NCBI GenBank assembly: GCA_040384485.1 | Contig: JAZKJH010000004.1 | Span: forward strand, 5,928 to 69,927 | Reading direction: 5' to 3' | From: Patescibacteria group bacterium | GTDB taxonomy: Bacteria; Patescibacteriota; Minisyncoccia; Phycocordibacterales; DATDWN01 | Length of the DNA stretch: 64,000 bases | Shown here: positions 30,448-40,447 of the stretch, in pieces | How positions within the stretch are numbered: position 1 is the first letter of the stretch | Layout of the letters: every line of letters starts with the position of its first letter | Notes under the pieces: generated by a model | Database searches by the model: none | Told to the model about the DNA's origin: nothing | Seen by the model: only the letters and a program-made list of their open reading frames with translations | Translations under genes and position numbers: made by a program

Positions 30448-32043
30448 CTATGGGGTTTTTTGTCTATATACGTATAGATTTGGACCGAAATTTTTTAATT
30501 TAAAATATGAAACGTCAAAATAACTACCTGAACTATCTAAGGAATAATAACTTGCATCACCTACATCGTTAATAAACGAAGCCGTCAATTCTAAATCCTT
30601 ACTTGTTGTGGCTGACCTCAGAATTAAGTAATTATCAAAATTCTTCAGATCGGGAACTTTTGTGGGATCGGTGTGAAAATCGAGAAGCAATGGCTTAAAA
30701 TCCGATTTTAAATCATTATCTTTTGTTGCCTTACACAGGCTCCCGCATTCAGTACTCTTAAACAAGATCGCAGACTTTTTATTGAGTGATATAGGCACAT
30801 CAACACCAACATTATTAACTAAAACTACGTTATCTAGAGAATAAAAATTTTTATTAATAAAATTAATCAAATTATGACTAGTGGTAGGAACGGAAATATA
30901 GTAAACAGAAAAAACTAAATACAAAAAAACTACAAATACTGGGATGAGTAATACTTTTCGAAAGCTATATTCAAAACTCGCCACAAAAAATGCAATAAAA
31001 AATGGAACTGGAAAAAGATAGCGTAGTGAGGATTGAGGAGCAATAGACCACCTATCTACAAAAATTATTAAAAAAGTGAATGCAATAAGATAAGTTAGTG
31101 AAATCCAAAATAAATTAAAATTCTTTACCCTGCCCTTAAAAGATCCATAAATGGCAAAGAAAATTAAAACTGGAAACATAACAAAAATTTTTTCCAAATG
31201 AGAAAGCAGAGATTCAAAAAAAGTAAGATTATAAATTTTTGCACCAGCAGAAAATGAATAATCATATATGATGCTGTACACCTGTGCCTTTACCCCTGAA
31301 AAATTAGTCAGTGTTATTAATATAAATACAACTAGGCCCACCAAACTTGAAAACAGAAGTTCTTTTAATACGTCTTTATTCCTGAATTTTTTATATAAAA
31401 TAATGGGTATAGTGATCAAACTAATTCCCATAAAAGGAAAATTGGAAAACGCCAAAAAAGCCAATATAACTGAATACCAAATATATTTTTTTTGCACATG
31501 TGATTCTTCGGTGTCAAAAACCTGTAGTAAGAAATAAAAAGAGAGCAGAAAAAGAAACGTCGATAAAATCCAAACCTTACTTGTGTGTAACAATAGATTC
31601 ACAAGAATATTACCGAATAATATGAAAACAATAACTAGTCTGTTCCTGTAGTCACTAATATATTTTTTCAGAGCTAGATTAAATAAATACAGTGAGGCAA
31701 AAGCGATAACAAAACTTAGTAATCTAGAAGCAAAATAGACTATAGCAGGATAATTAACAATTAAAGATTTTAGAGCTGTAAGATCGAAATCTGCAAATGG
31801 AAACAAAACCAGAAGTGAAATACCTACAAAAATATAAGATAAATAGAATGTAAGTGTTCCATATGGAACATCAAGAGGTAATGGTAAAAAAGTTCCGGCT
31901 TCCATTGACCTTAAAACTGAACCCGAAAAAAACATCTCGTCAGCAACTAAGTTAGTAAATGGAAATCCATGCCATATGCCAATAAAAAAAGACAGTGAAA
32001 TTAGTGCTAATACAACCTTCTCAATAATGCTTTCTCTCATCAT
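30448..32043 (-). CDS. Polytopic membrane protein (putative GT-C-like transferase)
   Basis: 531 aa, about 12 TM segments, C-terminal soluble domain. Confidence 0.4.
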   Translation of the reverse strand: MMRESIIEKVVLALISLSFFIGIWHGFPFTNLVADEMFFSGSVLRSMEAGTFLPLPLDVPYGTLTFYLSYIFVGISLLVLFPFADFDLTALKSLIVNYPAIVYFASRLLSFVIAFASLYLFNLALKKYISDYRNRLVIVFILFGNILVNLLLHTSKVWILSTFLFLLSFYFLLQVFDTEESHVQKKYIWYSVILAFLAFSNFPFMGISLITIPIILYKKFRNKDVLKELLFSSLVGLVVFILITLTNFSGVKAQVYSIIYDYSFSAGAKIYNLTFFESLLSHLEKIFVMFPVLIFFAIYGSFKGRVKNFNLFWISLTYLIAFTFLIIFVDRWSIAPQSSLRYLFPVPFFIAFFVASFEYSFRKVLLIPVFVVFLYLVFSVYYISVPTTSHNLINFINKNFYSLDNVVLVNNVGVDVPISLNKKSAILFKSTECGSLCKATKDNDLKSDFKPLLLDFHTDPTKVPDLKNFDNYLILRSATTSKDLELTASFINDVGDASYYSLDSSGSYFDVSYFKLKNFGPNLYVYRQKTP

Positions 32044-32918
32044 TAGAGTTTTTTAGCGACTATAAACATGTTATCTCTTAGATCTGTTGGCAGCGACAAC
32101 CTACCTAACGAGGTTCCCTTTAACCTAATGGCGATTTTCTGAAACAACCCCACCTTCAACCATTTGAATAACATATTGAATATGTATTCTAGGGTGAACT
32201 TCTTACTCATTCTAGTCACTAACAAAACTTCAAAACCATTCCTTGTAAATAACTCTCTTATTCCTCTTTCGTTAAAATAGTGAATATGTTCAGGTGGAAC
32301 GACTAGGTGCCAGTTGATACCCATCATCCTTGCGTAGAAACTGCCACTGTCTGGTGTGTTTACAACCACTAAGCCATTCTGTTTCAACATTTTTTGTATA
32401 ATTTTGATATCGTTTTCTGGGTCAGGCATATGCTCAATAACGTCAAGCATTGTTACTACTTCGTAACCACCTTCTTCAATAGCTAACTTGTCTAATGTCC
32501 CTGTTTTAATATCAAACCCCCTACTTCTGCCCTGTCCAGCTGCAAAGTCTGAAAATTCAACTCCTGAGACTTCGAAACCATCGACTTTGGCAAGCGACAT
32601 AAAAAACCCTGTTGCTGCCCCCACATCAAATAATTTTCCCTTCTTATTAGATATTTTTGTAATCAGATCTAGATACTTTTTAAACGAGTTTCTCATCGGT
32701 TCCTTATCCTCGTCATAATTTACATAACCAAAACCACCACTTCCTCCGGAAAAATATTCGGAATTATAAACCTGATCTAGAGTTTGTGGTTTTTTATATA
32801 AAGACAACATTCTACAGTTAGAACATTTGTAAATATTAAAACCATTCTTTTTTCCAAAAAAAGTTTTATCTTTTGACAGACAACCAACACACCCTATTTC
32901 TTTAATATCATTTTCCAT
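32043..32918 (-). CDS. SAM-dependent methyltransferase with N-terminal zinc ribbon
   Basis: Zinc ribbon CVGC...CSNC, then DVGAATGFFMSLA motif I. Paralogous to 38562-39464. Confidence 0.6.
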   Translation of the reverse strand: MENDIKEIGCVGCLSKDKTFFGKKNGFNIYKCSNCRMLSLYKKPQTLDQVYNSEYFSGGSGGFGYVNYDEDKEPMRNSFKKYLDLITKISNKKGKLFDVGAATGFFMSLAKVDGFEVSGVEFSDFAAGQGRSRGFDIKTGTLDKLAIEEGGYEVVTMLDVIEHMPDPENDIKIIQKMLKQNGLVVVNTPDSGSFYARMMGINWHLVVPPEHIHYFNERGIRELFTRNGFEVLLVTRMSKKFTLEYIFNMLFKWLKVGLFQKIAIRLKGTSLGRLSLPTDLRDNMFIVAKKL

Positions 32919-33595
32919 GGTGCAAGTATTCCCTCATTAATAATATGTCCTGACATTTTCGACTCCCCTCCTATCCTGTTATTAAAAATAATCGGAACTT
33001 CAGAGAATTTACCTCCAGCTTGATACAGTAAATATTTAAGCTCCATAATAAAAGCATAACCTGACATGTCCATTTTTGAAAAATCTATTTTTCGAAGCAA
33101 GTCAGCATTTATTACATTGAACCCGGCGGTGCAGTCCATAACGGGAATGCCTGTTATGGTTCTACAATACAAATTGCCAAAAAAACTCAATACTCTTCTC
33201 CAAAGTTCCCAACCGTGAGTCCCTCCACCTTTTACATATCGGGAACCGGTCACGACATCATAAGTCTTACTCCTGTTCAACATCTCAGGTAAATATTTTG
33301 GTTGGTGTGACAAATCAGCATCCATCATTATTACCGACTTAACATCTGTATCCTTTAGGACATAATTAAATGCATTTATATATGCCTTACCTAAACCATT
33401 CTTTTCTGGTCGAGAGACAAGGGAAAGGTTTGGATATTGATTTTGCAAACTCCTTACAACATCTGCTGTTCCATCAGGCGAGTTATCATCAGCTACGAGT
33501 ATGTAAACTTCTGGTACAGCTGAAAAAATCTCTGGAACTATCCTAGTTATGTTTTCTCTCTCATTATATGTTGGGAGTATTATTACGTTTTTCAT
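32894..33595 (-). CDS. GT2 dolichyl/polyprenyl-phosphate mannose synthase-like (DPM1/Ppm1-like)
   Basis: ILPTYNEREN, VADDNSPDGT, MDADLSHQP (DxD region), and VVTGSRYVKGG, all matching the DPM1 family. Confidence 0.75.
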   Translation of the reverse strand: MKNVIILPTYNERENITRIVPEIFSAVPEVYILVADDNSPDGTADVVRSLQNQYPNLSLVSRPEKNGLGKAYINAFNYVLKDTDVKSVIMMDADLSHQPKYLPEMLNRSKTYDVVTGSRYVKGGGTHGWELWRRVLSFFGNLYCRTITGIPVMDCTAGFNVINADLLRKIDFSKMDMSGYAFIMELKYLLYQAGGKFSEVPIIFNNRIGGESKMSGHIINEGILAPWKMILKK

Positions 33596-34698
33596 TAATT
33601 CAAATTTTTCAGAATCACTTTAACTCTATTTTCCCAGGTATTGTTTTTTACCTTTGTAAAAGCTTGTTCGGCTATTATATCAGCATTAACTCTCCCATCC
33701 AAAACACTCTGTATCCCCTCTAAAAGAGCTTGGGAGTCATCAGGTTTAACAAAAACTGCACTGTCGGTATCTAACACTTCTCTAATAGATGGTAGGTCTG
33801 AGGCCACTATAGGCACCTTGGAAGCCATATATGTAAAAACCTTTAATGGCGAAGTGTAGAGCCTAGAAACCTCATTTTGAGCTGTATTGGGTAACACTAA
33901 AACATCGGCTGATTTTTGGTATGTTGGTAGATCTACATATGGCTTAAAACCCACAAATATCACTTTTGGATAGTTAGATCTAAGATCTACCACATGATTT
34001 TCGTCTCCACCCACAATCACTGCCACAACATTGTCACCAAAACCTCTCGATGCCTTGAGGAAAGTTACAACGCCTTTCCACCCATCCAATCTTCCAGCAT
34101 ACAGAACTACCTTTTTATCCCTTGGTAAATTAAGTAACTTTCTAGCTTCATCTTTTGTTATGTTCAAATCAAAATCTACTATATCTACAGCATCTCGCGA
34201 AACAATTATTTTATTAGCATCTATACCTTTTGAAATATAAAAATCCTTTAAACCCTGTGAAATGGTGACCACTCTAAATGATCCTGCTGAAGCTTTCTTT
34301 GCAAAAAAATTATAACTTCCTGTATGTGTTTCCCATATTACTTTTCTACCAACAAATAAACATAGCCAAGCCAACATTTCGTCTCTGGTAAAAATATAAT
34401 CCGATCTCCAAAAACCGGCCGTAAACAATGAGCCGACAAAAAAAAGAAGTGTTTCCAAGAAAAACCCGATTGGACCAAGATATATAAGTCTCAAACTTAA
34501 GACTTTTTTAATAGCAAAAATACTTTTAACCTTATAAAAATCAAAAAGATTGGTTTTGTTTAGACTAAATAAAAAATTAGGGACGCAAAGTGTTATACCT
34601 ACACCTTCCAGAGCAAAAGCTTCGCATGTCTTTATTATTTGAACACCGTGGGCTTTCTCGGTTGGAAGACGGATTGAGGCAATATATAAAATCTTCAT
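33595..34698 (-). CDS. Glycosyltransferase family 4
   Basis: MKILYIAS start, C-terminal GT1 domain. Confidence 0.7.
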   Translation of the reverse strand: MKILYIASIRLPTEKAHGVQIIKTCEAFALEGVGITLCVPNFLFSLNKTNLFDFYKVKSIFAIKKVLSLRLIYLGPIGFFLETLLFFVGSLFTAGFWRSDYIFTRDEMLAWLCLFVGRKVIWETHTGSYNFFAKKASAGSFRVVTISQGLKDFYISKGIDANKIIVSRDAVDIVDFDLNITKDEARKLLNLPRDKKVVLYAGRLDGWKGVVTFLKASRGFGDNVVAVIVGGDENHVVDLRSNYPKVIFVGFKPYVDLPTYQKSADVLVLPNTAQNEVSRLYTSPLKVFTYMASKVPIVASDLPSIREVLDTDSAVFVKPDDSQALLEGIQSVLDGRVNADIIAEQAFTKVKNNTWENRVKVILKNLN

Positions 34699-34775
34699 AT
34701 CAATCCGGTAATTTAACTGAGATAATATTATTGCTTAAAACCCTTATAATTGTTAATATCATATCAAATTCTACT

Positions 34776-35537
34776 ATGGAAAACAACACTGAACTCGGTA
34801 ATTTAAAGCCTAAAATTTCTGGTTTTTTTCCTTTTTTAAATGACTGGGGAACAATAGGAAGTTTGGTGCTTGGACTTGATTCTAAACTACAGCAAATATC
34901 CTCAGAATATGAAATTTTGATTATTGATGATGGGAGTGATAGTTCAGCAAAAGATATTTTGAAATCCCTACAGATTGCTTTCCCGAAAGTACGTGTAATC
35001 TCCCACCCACATAATAGAGGTTATGGTGGTGCACTTAGATCTGGATTTGAAAATGCAAAGCATGAGTGGATATTCTACACAGATGGAGACGCTCAGTATG
35101 ACCCTAGGGAAATAACACTACTTGTTGAAAAAATCGCCCCGAATGTAGATGTAATAAATGGATATAAAATAAAGAGATCAGATCCGTTTTACAGAAAAAT
35201 TACCGGAAAGTGCTATCACTTTGTAGTTAAATTGCTTTTTAATGTGCCTATTAGAGACACTGATTGTGATTTTAGACTAATAAGAAAAAAGGTCTTTGAA
35301 AAAGTAAGACTGGAAGAAAACACTGGTTTAATCTGTACTGAAATGATAAGGAAAATTTCAGACGCGGGATTTAATTTTGTTGAAGTCCCGGTGCACCACT
35401 TTTGGAGAACTAGCGGAAAATCCCAATTTTTTAATTTAGTAAGAGTTGGCCAAGTAATTATTGGTCTATTGGGTTTATGGCACAGGTTAGTTCTTAAGCC
35501 TAAGCATTTTATATATGGAAATCAAAAGAATACATAA
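34776..35537 (+). CDS. GT2 glycosyltransferase (polyprenol-phosphate sugar synthase-like)
   Basis: ILIIDDGSDSSA and YTDGDAQYDP (DxD). The track ORF start at 34590 is an upstream extension that overlaps the divergent gene; the ATG at 34776 was chosen. Confidence 0.6.
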   Translation: MENNTELGNLKPKISGFFPFLNDWGTIGSLVLGLDSKLQQISSEYEILIIDDGSDSSAKDILKSLQIAFPKVRVISHPHNRGYGGALRSGFENAKHEWIFYTDGDAQYDPREITLLVEKIAPNVDVINGYKIKRSDPFYRKITGKCYHFVVKLLFNVPIRDTDCDFRLIRKKVFEKVRLEENTGLICTEMIRKISDAGFNFVEVPVHHFWRTSGKSQFFNLVRVGQVIIGLLGLWHRLVLKPKHFIYGNQKNT

Positions 35538-36105
35538 ACCTGATGAAAAAACCATTAGAGAAATCTCTAGAATACACTACTCGGTTCTAACAGAATCATT
35601 TTTGAACAATTTTGGTTTAAGTTTTTTAGAAAAAGTATATACAAATCTTTTAGAGTCTCCGGACTCTATACTGCTAGTATCCGAGGAGAATGAAGTAATT
35701 ACTGGCTACGCACTGGCCTTTACTGGCTACTCCAAGTTTTTTAGAACAGCAATTTGTAATAATAGACTGGCTTTGGGGACAATAGTTATCAAGAAAATAT
35801 TACAAAAACCTTCTTTTGTTTTCAAAATTGCATCCTCTCTGTTTAACTCTACAAAAGAAGATGGGCATGCTGAGTTACAGTTTATTGCCATTATTCCAGA
35901 AAGCCAGGGTAAAAACATTGGAACAAGACTTATAAATCTACTAAATGAAGAGTTTAGATTAAAAAACATAACAAACTATTATGTTGGGACAAAAGCAGAA
36001 AACCCCCTCTCTAACCAATTCTACAGAAAACTAGGATTTAAACAGATTTCGACGAAACAATATTTTGGTGACAAATTAAATTTCTACATCTCACCCAATA
36101 TCTAA
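35515..36105 (+). CDS. GNAT-family N-acetyltransferase
   Basis: Motif A QFIAIIPESQGKNIGTRLINLL and a C-terminal YRKLGF. Confidence 0.6.
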   Translation: MEIKRIHKPDEKTIREISRIHYSVLTESFLNNFGLSFLEKVYTNLLESPDSILLVSEENEVITGYALAFTGYSKFFRTAICNNRLALGTIVIKKILQKPSFVFKIASSLFNSTKEDGHAELQFIAIIPESQGKNIGTRLINLLNEEFRLKNITNYYVGTKAENPLSNQFYRKLGFKQISTKQYFGDKLNFYISPNI

Positions 36106-37530
36106 CTATTTTGATACGACAACATATCTATCAAACTCTTTCAAGATGGTGTATCCGTTGAACATATCCCCTTCCTTCAAAAAAAGATCTTTTTTTGTAA
36201 CAACCAACAAATCCGTTCTTTCTTTAATAAGACCTATATTTTTTTCTCCAAACTGAGTGGCAACTGTGCCTGAAAAATACTGATAGTAATTGAAATGCTT
36301 CAAAGATATAACCGTCTCTGGAGCTTGATAGAAAAAAACTATAGTGTCGCTTGGAATTTCCCTTATCACCGAATCAATAGACTCAAATCTACGACTACTA
36401 TATGAATCCGCAACCCAGGAGTTAAATCCCAATTGATAAATCTGAAAAACCACCAATACTCCTAGACCGATACGAAAAGCATTTTTAAGCCAAATCGTGC
36501 TATTAGAATACTTAAAAATATTTGAACTTAAAAAAATCAAGCTTAAAATTTCTGGTATAAAAAAATATCTATAATATGGCGGGTTCCTGAAATACAATAT
36601 AAACACAAAAAAAGAAATAGAATACAAATAAGCCTCAAATAAATCGATTTTTCTTCCCATATATCTTGAATGCAGCAAAGTTATCGTCCAGAAAATAAAA
36701 ACTCCGCCTGCAAAAAGTGTTCTTGGTCCACTTACAAAATCCTTCAGATTGGTAATTACCGACTCAAATATATTTACTGAGTGAGGATTACCATAGTAGT
36801 TAATTATTGCTCCTAATCCATCAGTATTATCGAACTGAACAGAAAACCAAAGTATGATAGGTATCAAAATTGAAACAAATAACACGCCGAGATTTTTTAC
36901 GTTTATAGTACCCTGTCTCCAATAGACAGCCCATAAAAAATATAACATGCCAGGTAAGACTAAAATGAAAATTGGTTTTGTGACTAAAGTCAAACCAAAG
37001 GTTAGCCCAAGAAAAGCCAAATTAAAAAAACTGCTCCTACCTTCACACAACCTCTTTATAAATAAAGCACTAAGCAGCAACCAAAATAATCCTGGTACTT
37101 CACCTAAAACATTTTTACCATGACCATATAAAGGTGGAAAGGTGCCCACTAATAACAATCCCCAAACTAACTCCTCTTTTGCTTTACCCTTTAAAACAGA
37201 GAAAACAGCAAATACAAAAAGTAGTATATAGATACCCATAACTATCCTTGCATTCATCAAACTAACTCCAAACAAGTTAAAAGATGTAGCAATTGGATAA
37301 GTCACAGTATAGCTAGTAGAAATGAAGCTTGGAGAAATTATCTCCCCAGGCGCTATTTGAAATCCGTACACCCCCTGTTCAGATAAATTGTGGGCTGTCT
37401 GAACTATCAAACCCTCATCTGTCCAAGTTGGAGGACTTTCAGTTAGTTTGTAAAAAGTGAAAAAAAATATACCTATGAAAATAGTGATTAGAACTAAGTT
37501 AAATTTATTTATAATATATGGATTACTCAT
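36106..37530 (-). CDS. Polytopic membrane protein (putative GT-C/ArnT-like transferase)
   Basis: 474 aa, about 11 TM segments. Confidence 0.4.
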   Translation of the reverse strand: MSNPYIINKFNLVLITIFIGIFFFTFYKLTESPPTWTDEGLIVQTAHNLSEQGVYGFQIAPGEIISPSFISTSYTVTYPIATSFNLFGVSLMNARIVMGIYILLFVFAVFSVLKGKAKEELVWGLLLVGTFPPLYGHGKNVLGEVPGLFWLLLSALFIKRLCEGRSSFFNLAFLGLTFGLTLVTKPIFILVLPGMLYFLWAVYWRQGTINVKNLGVLFVSILIPIILWFSVQFDNTDGLGAIINYYGNPHSVNIFESVITNLKDFVSGPRTLFAGGVFIFWTITLLHSRYMGRKIDLFEAYLYSISFFVFILYFRNPPYYRYFFIPEILSLIFLSSNIFKYSNSTIWLKNAFRIGLGVLVVFQIYQLGFNSWVADSYSSRRFESIDSVIREIPSDTIVFFYQAPETVISLKHFNYYQYFSGTVATQFGEKNIGLIKERTDLLVVTKKDLFLKEGDMFNGYTILKEFDRYVVVSK

Positions 37531-38596
37531 ATGCTTTTATAAAGTCTTTACTCAAAACATAGTTAAAGTATCTATCGCTTCTTAAATAAGTTTCAAACAT
37601 AGCTCTACTAGTTTTTTGTTTCTCAACAAAATCCGCGGCAGTTAGTGAGTTATAGTATTCAGAAATAATTTGATCTATATTTTTCATACTACTTACATTT
37701 ATTTTCAGTAGAAACCTGCTATAGTCGATGATATTCTCTAGCGGCAAAGCACAGTCTGTGTCCAACAAAACAGGTATCTTACCTAGACTTAAAATCTCAT
37801 AAAATCTGATAGAGAAATTACCGTCCCCTTTGATAGCTAGTGAAAAATCTGAGTTTACAATGTTATTTACATACTCCACCCTAGCAGTTTCCATACTTAT
37901 TCTTCTGGTTTTTTCATTACCAGAAAAACTGTTGCGAATGATGAAATTTGTGGAAACTAAACTGGATTTTTTTAGGATACCAAGAGCCTTGATCCTTAAA
38001 ACCAAACCTCTTGTGTGAAAAAAATAATTAGTACTCAATAAAATAGATTTAATATGTATAACCGATTTTTTTACATTCTCAACCATTCTTCTATAAAAAC
38101 TGCTGTAATCTGCCCACCCACAGAAACCAACCACTGGTTTATCAATTTTTTCTCTAAATGTTAGTTCTCTCCCCTCCAGTAAATCATCAGCGATAGCTGG
38201 CATTATTATCTCGTTTGATTTTTTCTTGTATTTATACTGAGACGTTCTGAAAATAATACTGTTAGGTATGTTTATGTCGGCATCAGAGTCACCGTAACAA
38301 AAAACTAAAATCTTTTTGTTGTGTTTTTCGGACAGACTGACAAAATCCTTTAAATACTTTTTATCCTTGATATAAAAAAAGTTGTGTGGAATAAGAAAAT
38401 AATCCGATGCCTCTGGAGTTTCGACTAAATTAAAAAACTGTTTATTAAAAAGCTTTAAGGCAGAATCCCCTGCACGGTTTTTACCAAAACTACTACTGCC
38501 AAAATAGTGATCAAGCAAAGGAATGTGCATCAATCCCTCTATTTTTTTGTATATATAAATATTAAGCATCTTTTCTGTATATACACAGCATTCCAA
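37523..38596 (-). CDS. Exostosin (GT47)-like glycosyltransferase, putative
   Basis: C-terminal FSLAIKGDGNFSIRFYEILSLGKIPVLL resembles the GT47 signature F-C-L-x-P-x-G-D-x-x-S-x-R-x-x-[DE]-x-x-x-x-G-C-I-P-V. The N-terminal EASDYFLIPH resembles the exostosin DxxFxVP region. Confidence 0.4.
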   Translation of the reverse strand: MECCVYTEKMLNIYIYKKIEGLMHIPLLDHYFGSSSFGKNRAGDSALKLFNKQFFNLVETPEASDYFLIPHNFFYIKDKKYLKDFVSLSEKHNKKILVFCYGDSDADINIPNSIIFRTSQYKYKKKSNEIIMPAIADDLLEGRELTFREKIDKPVVGFCGWADYSSFYRRMVENVKKSVIHIKSILLSTNYFFHTRGLVLRIKALGILKKSSLVSTNFIIRNSFSGNEKTRRISMETARVEYVNNIVNSDFSLAIKGDGNFSIRFYEILSLGKIPVLLDTDCALPLENIIDYSRFLLKINVSSMKNIDQIISEYYNSLTAADFVEKQKTSRAMFETYLRSDRYFNYVLSKDFIKAYE

Positions 38597-39464
38597 AATC
38601 CTTTTGTTTAAATGGTGTTATCAAAAAATCAAAACAATACAATGCAGAATAAAGTGCAAAACCCCATACAAATCTTATGGTGTTTCTAAAGCCCTTGTTT
38701 CGTTTCCACTCTCCGAACAAATGGGTGTTCCCTAACTCATATTTTAATGTTGGTGGTCTGTGATACCAGGCAGTTACCAAGGTAAAACCTTTTTTCTTAA
38801 AAAACATATCTAGATTATTTTTGGAAAAATAAAACAAATGGTGTGGAGGTGTCAGAACTGACCAAGGTAGTCTCCAAAAGTTTGTGAAAAACCTAGTGGA
38901 CCTGGCCCAGTTAGAATCCATGTTGGGTATTGATACAACCAACAACCCTCCACTCACTAGATACTCACTACATTCTTGTATTAACTTATCTGGGTTATTC
39001 GAGTGCTCTAATACATCCCCTAATCTCAAAATCCCAAAAAAATTTTTCGCAAAGCTCGACTGATTCAAAAATCCACAATAAACATTCAATCCCCTACTGT
39101 TTCCTATATCTGCCGTGGTTTGGTTCGGTTCAACACCAGCCACTGTAAACCCAGCTTTTTTTGCATAGAACAAAAACTCGCCGTCAGAAGCACCCACATC
39201 TAAAACATTTTTGTTTGGGGAATTTTGTCTCAAAACCTCTTCTAAGATTTTTTTATATTTATAATTTTCAGTTTTTGTATAATCGTTCTTTGTCTTATTA
39301 GACTGGTAACCAACCTTCGGAGAATAAACTATGGAAAGCTCTTCGTCACTTGGCATAGGGCTCACAAAAAGCAGTTTACACCCTGAACATTCAAGAAAAT
39401 TATAGCCATCATGCCTTATAAAAGACTCTGACTCTCCATCACAAATAATACATTTAACACTCAT
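38562..39464 (-). CDS. SAM-dependent methyltransferase with N-terminal zinc ribbon
   Basis: Zinc ribbon CIICDGE...CSGC, then LDVGASDGEFLFYA motif I. Confidence 0.6.
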   Translation of the reverse strand: MSVKCIICDGESESFIRHDGYNFLECSGCKLLFVSPMPSDEELSIVYSPKVGYQSNKTKNDYTKTENYKYKKILEEVLRQNSPNKNVLDVGASDGEFLFYAKKAGFTVAGVEPNQTTADIGNSRGLNVYCGFLNQSSFAKNFFGILRLGDVLEHSNNPDKLIQECSEYLVSGGLLVVSIPNMDSNWARSTRFFTNFWRLPWSVLTPPHHLFYFSKNNLDMFFKKKGFTLVTAWYHRPPTLKYELGNTHLFGEWKRNKGFRNTIRFVWGFALYSALYCFDFLITPFKQKDFGMLCIYRKDA

Positions 39465-39466
39465 AA

Positions 39467-40447
39467 TTATTGAATTATACCCTTTTCTCGAGCTTTTTCT
39501 ATGACTTCTAAAACTCTCGCTTTAGAAGAATGTTCTTCTAGAATTTTTGAATACTCTGGAGCTAAATCAGTTTGCTTATAACTATTCACAAGAAACTGGC
39601 CTACCTCCTCCAGTTTAAGTTTAAAATCTTCTAAATCCTTGAACTGCCATATTCTCTTGTAATCCAGTCTATTTGAGCCTGGTTCATATATATCTATTGT
39701 TTCAGTGAGGAGCATGCAGTTGTTACCTAGTATCTCCCAAAAACGTGCTGTATCAAAACCCCCACCACCTACAGATATACCTACTTTTGAGCGAGCCAAG
39801 TTTTTGTAGAAATTTTCCTGATCGGTTTTATCTGTAAAGCATGTAAAGTTATTTTCAACACAAAAATTTTTAAGGACTTGTGTCACCTCTCGTCTCAAAA
39901 TAGGATACTCGTCCTGACCAAAAACACAGAAAAAATCTACATCTTTTTTTATGTCCACTGAATAAAACTTGGTGTAGTCACTTTCTATACCAAAAGGTAA
40001 GGGCAGAATGTTTCGCACATACGGTTTTTCCCTACGAAAATACAACACGCATTTTCGTTCCATCTCTTTATCTATTTTACCTCGGTTAAGATACGAGCCA
40101 TCTACAATAGCTTTTTGTATACCTGTGTCATATCTGCCGTTTTTACCTATCTCACCACCATCAACAAAAACTGTTTTGTTAAACTCGTTAATTGTTTCTG
40201 CAAGTTTATAGTTAGTGTTGTCTTTACCCCAACAAAAAAGAATCAGATCAGAATTCTTTGCATACTCAACAAATAAACCTTCGTCTAAACTAAACTCTGT
40301 ATCATCAAAACCCGACAAGTATCCTTTTGGCACTTTAAACTCAAAACCTGGATTTTCTGTTTTAAGTAAAATACAGCCATCTATTATGGTGTCTGTTAGA
40401 TAGTCATTTTTATACTCTGGAGTTATTATTGAAATTTTATAATTCAT
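39467..40447 (-). CDS. Hypothetical protein, possible CgeB/DUF3880-like glycosyltransferase
   Basis: C-terminal KVGISVGGGGFDTARFWEILGNNCMLLTE resembles the GT1-like C-terminal fold of CgeB-type proteins. This is a weak family call. Confidence 0.3.
   Translation of the reverse strand: MNYKISIITPEYKNDYLTDTIIDGCILLKTENPGFEFKVPKGYLSGFDDTEFSLDEGLFVEYAKNSDLILFCWGKDNTNYKLAETINEFNKTVFVDGGEIGKNGRYDTGIQKAIVDGSYLNRGKIDKEMERKCVLYFRREKPYVRNILPLPFGIESDYTKFYSVDIKKDVDFFCVFGQDEYPILRREVTQVLKNFCVENNFTCFTDKTDQENFYKNLARSKVGISVGGGGFDTARFWEILGNNCMLLTETIDIYEPGSNRLDYKRIWQFKDLEDFKLKLEEVGQFLVNSYKQTDLAPEYSKILEEHSSKARVLEVIEKAREKGIIQ

Noticed and set aside
34590-34775. Upstream extension of the GT2 gene overlapping the start of the divergent GT4 gene
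   Set aside because: The GT2 fold begins at MENNTELG (34776). The extension overlaps the 5' end of the minus-strand gene 33595-34698.
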